From Gemmatimonadales bacterium (GTDB lineage Bacteria > Gemmatimonadota > Gemmatimonadetes > Gemmatimonadales > GWC2-71-9): a stretch of DNA of 64,000 nucleotides. The DNA is taken from the NCBI GenBank assembly GCA_965249575.1, contig OZ252244.1, positions 2,688,001 through 2,752,000 on the forward strand, read 5' to 3'. The notes beneath the pieces were generated by a model. The model did no database searches, was not told the DNA's origin, and saw nothing but the letters and a program-made list of their open reading frames with translations. Position numbers and translations under genes: made by a program. Positions 8,376 to 14,826 of this stretch are shown piece by piece; the stretch's first letter is position 1; the number at the start of each line of letters is the position of its first letter.

Positions 8376-8893
8376 AGAAGGTGCCCTTCGTTTTAGCGGT
8401 GATGGTGGTGGCAAACACCTGCTCCGACAAAGCACCTACCGAGCTGCCTCCACCACCGTACATCATCGATGTCGTGGGGGATCGGTCGCTCGTCGCTGTG
8501 AACGATAGCTCCGTACCGCGCCTGATCTATACGACCACCTGTCTAGAGGGATATATAGCTGACGGCTACACGGTGGCCGAGAGTGTTTACGTGACCGCTG
8601 GATTCCTGTCACTCAGGTCCGACAGCACGTATGTATGGTTCAGAGAGAATCGAGAGGATTGCTACGTCAACGCCAACTTTGGTCGGTCGTTCACCTTTCA
8701 ATACATAGCCCGTGGGAGTTTCTCAACGAGAGGAGTGCACCACGATAAGCTGATCCTCCGGGGCGCGGCCGGCGGTCATGCTGTGTACCGCCCGCGGCGG
8801 AATCCTGGGGATCGGGTACGCCCTACCGCAATCGTTCTGAAGGTTTTTCACGATTCCGTCCCTGGCGGCTTCTACACCGTCACCTACCGGTGA
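8372..8893 (+). CDS. Putative lipoprotein, cassette 4
   Basis: GTG within CTGTGA; MKKVPFVLAVMVVANT-CSDKAPTELPPPP (non-canonical lipobox). Confidence 0.7.
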   Translation: MKKVPFVLAVMVVANTCSDKAPTELPPPPYIIDVVGDRSLVAVNDSSVPRLIYTTTCLEGYIADGYTVAESVYVTAGFLSLRSDSTYVWFRENREDCYVNANFGRSFTFQYIARGSFSTRGVHHDKLILRGAAGGHAVYRPRRNPGDRVRPTAIVLKVFHDSVPGGFYTVTYR

Positions 8894-9348
8894 CCACTCC
8901 GCTTGATGAGCACGGCCAACCAGTCAACCGCGGCTTCAACGCCTGGAGCATCTACCGCCGCTCGATCGACGAGATGCTCGGGCTCTGCAAAGGGGTGATC
9001 CTCGACGGCCACGTGACGGACAGTGAAGCGGTCGCGCTTGACGAGTGGCTCGCTGCGCACCCTGAGGTCGCGCGGACCTGGCCGGGGAATATTTTGGCCC
9101 AACGGCTCCGGACTATCTTCGCAAATGCGATCGTCGAGGAGGACGAGCGGGCCGACCTGAAGGACCTGCTAGAGAAGATCACTGGCCCCGATTCCGACTT
9201 CACCACGGTCGGCGGCCAGTCCACCACGCTTCCCCTCGATGAGCCGCCGCCGACCAACTACGCCTTTTGCTTTACCGGCCGGTTCGTCCGCGGTGAGGTT
9301 TGTCAAGGGGAGGTCTTATGTCGCCGCCAGGAGCCACCATGGCGTTAG
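8890..9348 (+). pseudogene. BRCT-domain protein ('NAD-dependent ligase-like' family), 3'-truncated at about 9290
   Basis: RSIDEMLGLCKGVILDG...WPG...TTLPLD.PPP...FCFTGRF; homology appears to stop at the first BRCT strand. Confidence 0.7.
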
Positions 9349-9584
9349 AAAAAGAGATGGAGACCTACCGGAAGAATCTGCCCGAATGGGGGGAGTACGA
9401 GGGGAAATTTGTGCTCATTCACGGCGAGGAGGTAATTGACTTCTTCGGTGCCTACGAGGACGCAATCAAGGCAGGCTATCAGCGGTTCGCACTCAAGCCC
9501 TTTCTCGTCAGGCGGATTAGCCTGGTCGAGCAAGTCCAGCGTGTCACTCGGCTAGCCGTTCCTTCATCGGCGGCTGCCGAGTAA
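9339..9584 (+). CDS. DUF5678-like small protein
   Basis: YEGKFVLIHGEEVIDFF..YEDAIKAGYQRF..KPFLV; AGGAG RBS; precedes an aspartyl protease gene. Confidence 0.65.
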   Translation: MALEKEMETYRKNLPEWGEYEGKFVLIHGEEVIDFFGAYEDAIKAGYQRFALKPFLVRRISLVEQVQRVTRLAVPSSAAAE

Positions 9585-9590
9585 GACTCG

Positions 9591-10034
9591 TTGACTCACT
9601 TCACCGTCCAAATACAGCAGGCTGGACCCGTTCTCAGAGCGATACTGTCAGTGAGTACCGCGCGGGCGGTCGCACTACGGGCTGCCAAGCAGCCGGTCCC
9701 CGATGGCGTCGTCACGCGCGCCCTAGTGGATACCGGTGCGAGTTGTACGTGTATCGACCCGACCGTGCTGGCCCAGCTGAACCTCTCGGCAACGGGCAAG
9801 GTGGCCATGATGACGCCGTCCACAGGGCCCCAACCGCAGATGGCAGACCAGTACGATGTCGGGGTGTCCATCTACGGCTTCGCCGACGAACCGCCATTGC
9901 ATATCCCGACCATGCCGGTCGCAGCCAGCGACCTCCGGCAACAGGGAATCGATGGGCTCATTGGCCGCGATGTTCTGGACTGGTGCGTACTGATATACAA
10001 CGGCGAACAGCGGACCTTCACTCTGGCGTTCTAG
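9591..10034 (+). CDS. Retropepsin-like (clan AA) aspartyl protease
   Basis: ALVDTGAS and GLIGRDVL motifs. Confidence 0.85.
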   Translation: MTHFTVQIQQAGPVLRAILSVSTARAVALRAAKQPVPDGVVTRALVDTGASCTCIDPTVLAQLNLSATGKVAMMTPSTGPQPQMADQYDVGVSIYGFADEPPLHIPTMPVAASDLRQQGIDGLIGRDVLDWCVLIYNGEQRTFTLAF

Positions 10035-10058
10035 TCCCCGGCCCCGTGGTGGCGGCCG

Positions 10059-10138
10059 TCACCTGCTGGCTCGAGGTCCAGCGGCGGGAGGCAACGGTCG
10101 GGGGTTGACGGATTCGTACGGACCCTGCCGATTATAGA
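10059..10138 (+). repeat. 80-bp 'gene end + promoter' repeat, copy 1
   Basis: 64/80 nt identical to 11745-11824; TTGACG-N19-GATTAT. Confidence 0.85.
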
Positions 10139-10223
10139 TAGGATACCGAGGGTGGCGAGCCTTGCTCAGGCACAAAGATTGCCGTGTGGTGTACGAGACG
10201 ACCCCCAGCAACGGAACGGACGA

Positions 10224-10460
10224 ATGAACCCTCGCTTTGCCGATTCGATTCTCGCCTTTCTCGTTGGATATGCGAGCATCTTGAACCTGTGTCCCATGCT
10301 GCGCAATCCGGCCTCACTGCACCTCGAGGTGTCCGGACAGTCGGTCAAGAACGAGGATTTCGTGGCCGTTGGTCTGGACTGGGCGCAGGTCAGCGAGGAC
10401 ACGAAACTCGCCTTCCAGCGCCTCGCCGACGAAATGGAGCTTGAGCCCGAGGCCGCGTGA
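10224..10460 (+). CDS. Small hypothetical protein
   Basis: FLVGYASILNL...AVGLDWAQVSED..; resembles, from recall, small ORFs found upstream of DUF2335 genes. Confidence 0.5.
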   Translation: MNPRFADSILAFLVGYASILNLCPMLRNPASLHLEVSGQSVKNEDFVAVGLDWAQVSEDTKLAFQRLADEMELEPEAA

Positions 10461-10531
10461 GCCAGAAGAAGCGAAAAGAAAAGAAACACGCGGGCCATAG
10501 CCCCGTGGGCCTGGCGGTGATGTTCACAGCG

Positions 10532-10609
10532 ATCGCGCCGGATGTTCGTTTTCCCGTCGCCATGGATATACATGTTCATCTTGGCAATTCCTGATAGCAT
10601 CCGTGGGTA
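10532..10609 (-). pseudogene. Short fragment of an N-6 DNA methylase (HsdM-like) gene
   Basis: YPRMLSGIAKMNMYIHGDGKTNI matches the AxMNMxLHG motif of type I methyltransferases. Confidence 0.6.
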
Positions 10610-10703
10610 TTGACAAAGCGGCAACTGGTCGCCCCTTTCGTGTCAGCACGATTGTGAACTTTTTCACGAGACAGGCAGCCCGCCAAGGTCGGGAGATCGC
10701 ACA

Positions 10704-10955
10704 ATGGCCCGTGTACAGTTGCGAGACAGATGGGTTGAGGGCGACGACGTTTCGTTCAACACGCTGTCGGAGAGTTGGAACGAATACCAACTCGAAGACG
10801 GTACGGAGATCCGAGTGAAGGTGGTAGTCAAGCGAATGGTGCGCACCGTGGAGCGCAATGCGGCGGGTGAGCCCATCTACGTAATCCAGTCACAGAACGT
10901 TCTCGATGCCCGCGTAGCAGAGGATTTGATTGAGGCACCACAAGATGACGACTGA
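10704..10955 (+). CDS. Conserved-looking hypothetical protein
   Basis: GGGAG RBS; ESWNEYQLEDGTEIRVKVVV...GEPIYVIQSQNV; overlaps the next gene. Confidence 0.7.
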   Translation: MARVQLRDRWVEGDDVSFNTLSESWNEYQLEDGTEIRVKVVVKRMVRTVERNAAGEPIYVIQSQNVLDARVAEDLIEAPQDDD

Positions 10956-11253
10956 ACTAGAATGGGGCCGTGCAGATACCACAGCCTGGCTGCCCTCGGG
11001 TACGGGCAACGTGATCGTATCGGGCATACTCGAAGCGGATCGTCATCGCATGTGGGGGAACAGGACGATTCGGGGTACGCGAGTGCCGCTCTTTCGAATC
11101 ATTGAACTCTACGACGCCGGATACACAGTCGAGGAGATCGGCGACCAAATCTATCCCCACGTGGGAGTGCAACGAGTGGAAGCGGCGCTCCGAGAAGCTG
11201 GATATGATTTCCTCAACACGCTGGACAACCCGATCCTAGCAGCTGCCTCGTAG
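10945..11253 (+). CDS. DUF433 family antitoxin-like protein
   Basis: WGNRTIRGTRVP...LYDAGYTVEEI...YPH...VEAAL. Confidence 0.85.
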   Translation: MTTELEWGRADTTAWLPSGTGNVIVSGILEADRHRMWGNRTIRGTRVPLFRIIELYDAGYTVEEIGDQIYPHVGVQRVEAALREAGYDFLNTLDNPILAAAS

Positions 11254-11259
11254 GGGGCA

Positions 11260-11652
11260 TTGCCACCGGTGCGGCTGCTGGCCAACGAATGTGTCGAACC
11301 GCCTGTGGCTGGGTTCCTCCGCATGGCTGGATTCAACGTCGAAACCATTCTTGACCATTGCCCCCCAGGGGCAGGCGACCAGGAAGTGCTCCAACGAGCG
11401 TTCGAGCTCAATCGAACGCTCTTGACGTACAACCGAGATGGCCGCGAGTTTGGAGCACTGAACGCCGACCACCCGGGGCTGGCCATTGTGAATTGTCGCG
11501 TGACCGACTTCCAGACCCTTGGAGACCTGATCTTCCAGTCGCTTGTTGCGGTTCCGATTGACCGAGGAGATGTCTACATCATCGAGCCGGGTCGCATACG
11601 TATTCACCGGGTAGACGGATCATCCGCTACGTTCGCTGTGTCGAATATGTAA
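11260..11652 (+). CDS. DUF5615 PIN-like toxin (VapC45-like)
   Basis: RLLANECV...LRMAGFNV...GAGDQEVL..A....RTLLTYNRD; follows DUF433. Confidence 0.85.
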   Translation: MPPVRLLANECVEPPVAGFLRMAGFNVETILDHCPPGAGDQEVLQRAFELNRTLLTYNRDGREFGALNADHPGLAIVNCRVTDFQTLGDLIFQSLVAVPIDRGDVYIIEPGRIRIHRVDGSSATFAVSNM

Positions 11653-11744
11653 TTGCTTCTACCCCTCCTTCGCCTTCAACGCCCCGACCACGCCAGGCAC
11701 GATTTTCTCCGCACTCCGCCCGATCACGTAGCCGCCCAACCCGA

Positions 11745-11824
11745 TCACCTGCTGGCTCGAGATTCAGCGGCGGAAGGCGAAAGTCGGGGGTTGACGAATC
11801 TCGGGCCAACCTGCCGATTATAGA
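11745..11824 (+). repeat. 80-bp 'gene end + promoter' repeat, copy 2
   Basis: See 10059-10138. Confidence 0.85.
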
Positions 11825-11951
11825 CACACAGGTGACATCGCCTCATCACTCGACACAGACCGGGCGCGCGTGACCCGACGAGCCGGATGGCGAAGAAAAG
11901 CCGAAGCGCGCCTGACCCGTACTGTCGTTCAGATCATTGACATCCTCTGCC

Positions 11952-12128
11952 ATGGAGCGATTTTTTGCGGCATATGTCTTGGTCGTCGCGGGCTGTGATT
12001 GGCTGCGCCGCGAGTTCGCTGGCGGACCAGGAGCTGTCGCGGCGGGTATAGCAGAAACGTGGTTCGGGTTCGTCTTTCTACATCGACTGTGGTTTGAATG
12101 GATGACGCGCGGGAGGAAGCGACCCTAA
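11952..12128 (+). CDS. Small hydrophobic protein
   Basis: Short ORF whose stop overlaps the next ATG (TAATG). Confidence 0.4.
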   Translation: MERFFAAYVLVVAGCDWLRREFAGGPGAVAAGIAETWFGFVFLHRLWFEWMTRGRKRP

Positions 12129-12667
12129 TGACCGAGGCGAACCGTAGTTGGGGAGAGAACCTCGTGGCGTATCTGCAGTCACTTCTTCGCCTCGAGTGGC
12201 ATTTTCTCGCCCCATCACTCGTCGCCCTGGCCGGCCTGTTGCCGTTCGCCCTGTTTGGTATGGGCAGAGCCGGCACCATCGCAGGCGCGATGTGGGCTGT
12301 GATCTACGTCTTCATTATCGGCTGGAGTGTGCCGCTTTACTTGCTGTCTATTCGGGATGCCGTCCGGGTGCTGTTCGGCAAGGAGGCGCGGTTTCTCGCC
12401 CTGGTGGAGCGAGCACTGGCCGATAGGGGGCCGGACTTCGAGCTGCGAATCTTCATGTATCTCGGCACGTTCATGAATCCGCTCTGGGTGACGGGCGTGC
12501 TTTCCATGTGGTTTGTCCAGCAGCGCGGGCAGGTGACGAAGTCCGATGGCGAGGAAGGGAGTCACGTTGGACCCTCGGAAGTCGCGATCTATTATCAGGT
12601 CCAGCGGAGCGAGCCGTTCATGAGACCGCGGGACAGCGATCCCCATATGCCAGTGGTTGTTGGCTGA
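12128..12667 (+). CDS. Membrane protein of unknown function (about 3 TM segments)
   Basis: Hydrophobic segments; GGAGG upstream of the ATG. Confidence 0.65.
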   Translation: MTEANRSWGENLVAYLQSLLRLEWHFLAPSLVALAGLLPFALFGMGRAGTIAGAMWAVIYVFIIGWSVPLYLLSIRDAVRVLFGKEARFLALVERALADRGPDFELRIFMYLGTFMNPLWVTGVLSMWFVQQRGQVTKSDGEEGSHVGPSEVAIYYQVQRSEPFMRPRDSDPHMPVVVG

Positions 12668-12687
12668 CCGAGCTTTCGGGCTTCACG

Positions 12688-13281
12688 CTACCGTAGCAGC
12701 TCCCATCCCACAATCCCGACGGCCACGAACGGCAGCGAGCGGCTGAGCCTGGTGAGGAAGCCGGGCGAGGCCCGGCTCCGTTCCGTGGCGAGCAGGGCTT
12801 CCGTCGACTCGAGCAGGGCGGTGAGCTCGCCGACGGTCGAGTCGCGCCGCGCGAGTGAGGAATCCTTCGCGGCCACGATGGCCTCGCAGGTGCGGAGCGC
12901 GAGCGTGCAGCTGGCGACCTGGTCCTCGAACGCCGTGACGGTCTGGTTCACGATCACCACGACGGAATCCGGCACGGTGGAATCGGCGAGCACGGAATCG
13001 AGCTGCCCGGTGAGGCGCTGGGTTTCTCGGGACGCTCGAGCGAACTGACGCCGTTGGGTGGCGAGAGAATCGGTCAGCCGCTGGATCCGGACGACGGCGA
13101 GACTCTCCGCGATCGCGCGCGCGCCTTGGATGGTGGCGAGCTCCGTCTTCGCGTGTGCGAGGCTGTCGGCCCGGACATCGGCCAGCGTCTCCGCCCGGAC
13201 CTGCGCATCGTGACTGCGGAGCCAGAACCAGCCCATGGCGAGGACGACGCCAAGCAGCGTCGGGCTGAGGAAACGCGTCAC
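12688..13281 (-). CDS. Spanin-like protein (N-terminal TM, coiled coil, C-terminal hydrophobic tail)
   Basis: Last gene of the late operon, after the putative endolysin; GTGA-coupled start. Confidence 0.55.
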   Translation of the reverse strand: MTRFLSPTLLGVVLAMGWFWLRSHDAQVRAETLADVRADSLAHAKTELATIQGARAIAESLAVVRIQRLTDSLATQRRQFARASRETQRLTGQLDSVLADSTVPDSVVVIVNQTVTAFEDQVASCTLALRTCEAIVAAKDSSLARRDSTVGELTALLESTEALLATERSRASPGFLTRLSRSLPFVAVGIVGWELLR

Positions 13282-13517
13282 GGCGCGTCCTTGAACAGCT
13301 CTCGCTCCCACTTCGGTCGCAGCCGTGGCGTGTTGAACAGGCTGTCGATCCACCCGGCGAGGGACTGCGCTTCGCGCGCGGCACTCGCGCTGTAGGCGAC
13401 GGCTTGGTCAATCCGGCGAGCCAACTCGAGCTGTCGCTGCACGACCATCCCTCCCCAGAAGCAGAGGATGCCAAAGGTGAGAAAGAGGGTGGCCGTGAAC
13501 GCAATCCACGGCCACAC
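13278..13517 (-). CDS. Small phage membrane protein
   Basis: N-terminal TM segment WPWIAFTATLFLTFGILCFWGG; start uncertain. Confidence 0.5.
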   Translation of the reverse strand: MWPWIAFTATLFLTFGILCFWGGMVVQRQLELARRIDQAVAYSASAAREAQSLAGWIDSLFNTPRLRPKWERELFKDAP

Positions 13518-13522
13518 GACGA

Positions 13523-13942
13523 CTAGTCGGGTCCGGACCAGTCGCCCGCCTGGAGGTTCGTGATCGTGAGCGTGGGGGCCTCGAGCTGATCCAACGCCAG
13601 CATGAACCGCTCGAACGCCGGCCGGCTGAAGGTCACCGCCCACGTGTCATTCACCCACCCAAGCTTCAAGCCCGGCCCGATACAGCCCAGCACGTCGGCC
13701 ATCGTATTCGCGATGTGGATCTTGATCAGCGAGCGGTTCGGGACGTTCAGGACCTCGTAGGCGTCGTAGTTCCCGCGGTGATAGCGGCCCCGCTCGAGTG
13801 GATACGTGCCGACCGGGATGCAGGATTTCCGCGGTGCGTTGTCGTGCCAGGGCCGCTCGACCGTGTAGCAGTCAAACTCGGGGAGCGCGAGCTTCCCGAA
13901 CGTGCCCATCGGCGTGTAGGCGAACCGCTCGAGGACGATCAC
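13523..13942 (-). CDS. DUF5675-family protein, putative endolysin
   Basis: GTFGKL...CYTVERPW..N....SCIPVGTY...VPNRSLIKIHIAN....GCI; sits in the lysis position. Confidence 0.8.
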   Translation of the reverse strand: MIVLERFAYTPMGTFGKLALPEFDCYTVERPWHDNAPRKSCIPVGTYPLERGRYHRGNYDAYEVLNVPNRSLIKIHIANTMADVLGCIGPGLKLGWVNDTWAVTFSRPAFERFMLALDQLEAPTLTITNLQAGDWSGPD

Positions 13943-14259
13943 TCGTCCTTCGTCTGCGCCGTGGGCCCGGTCAACGTCTTCGCCTTGCTGGCGATCGTCG
14001 GGATCTTGTCCACCAGGCCGCTCCACACCTTCCCGGCCGTCTGCTTGCCCAACATCTTCGGCGCAACGCAGACCGCGCAGAAGGCGAGTTGGATGACGGC
14101 GTAGAGGAGGTCGAGTCCTTCGGTGCAGCCGTCGGGCCCGCAGAAGCCCAACCGCCGGGCCGTTTCGCCAACGAAGAACATGAGCGCGACCGCGAGGCCG
14201 ATGATGAACCCCACGTTCTCGAGCGCGCGGGAGAGGGGATGGTCACCGTTCTGCGTCAT
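13939..14259 (-). CDS. Holin-like protein (2 TM segments)
   Basis: Two hydrophobic helices, basic C-terminus, GGAGGAG RBS, directly upstream of the endolysin candidate. Confidence 0.55.
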   Translation of the reverse strand: MTQNGDHPLSRALENVGFIIGLAVALMFFVGETARRLGFCGPDGCTEGLDLLYAVIQLAFCAVCVAPKMLGKQTAGKVWSGLVDKIPTIASKAKTLTGPTAQTKDE

Positions 14260-14575
14260 GGACTCCTCCGCGCGGGCTGCCGGAACGGCTCGGGGATCAC
14301 ACAGTCCTGCCACTGGCCGAACCGCACGGAATCCTGCGTCGCGATCATCACACAGAGGATCTGGCCGGTGACGGTCACCACCGAATCCAGCCGCGCGCGG
14401 GTCTCGTCCCGCTCCACGGCGGCCGCCCCCTGCTCCGCCTCCACCGTGGCGACGCGGTCGGGGAGCTGCAGGTAGCCACCCACCGCCAACGCGGCGAACC
14501 CGCCGGCAGTGAAGATGGCCCCCCCCGCCAAGACGGTCTGCCAGATCTGCGGCAGCCGCGCGAGGGCCGCGATCA
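14256..14575 (-). CDS. Phage membrane protein (start uncertain)
   Basis: TM segment plus short coiled coil; stop overlaps the next ATG. Confidence 0.5.
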
Positions 14576-14586
14576 GCGGACCCGAC

Positions 14587-14826
14587 TCACGAGCCCCGCT
14601 GTCCGTTCGGCTCCGGCCGCTGGTAGAGCACCAGGTCGTCGAGGTTCAAGAAAATCCCCTCCGTGGGCTCGGCCATCCGGACGAGCCGATGCAGGCGGCC
14701 AAGGATCGCGTTCCGTCGCGCCTCGACGCGGCGCAATGCCTCGAGTTCCGGCCGGATCAGACTGCGCTCGACATCGGTAAGCTCGCGGAGCTTCGTGCCC
14801 GGAGGCGGCGTCGGAGTGTCTGCCAT
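14587..14826 (-). CDS. Small phage hypothetical protein
   Basis: AGGAG RBS; MADTPTPPPGTKLRELTDVERSL... Confidence 0.6.
   Translation of the reverse strand: MADTPTPPPGTKLRELTDVERSLIRPELEALRRVEARRNAILGRLHRLVRMAEPTEGIFLNLDDLVLYQRPEPNGQRGS

Noticed and set aside
10610..10645. TTGACA as a promoter for the 10704 operon
   Set aside because: No credible -10 hexamer at 16-19 nt spacing.
1922..12667. Classical integron or shufflon as the explanation for the cassette array
   Set aside because: No tyrosine recombinase in the window, no attC-like palindromes noticed and no inverted repeats; the repeats are direct, of variable length and derived from coding sequence.
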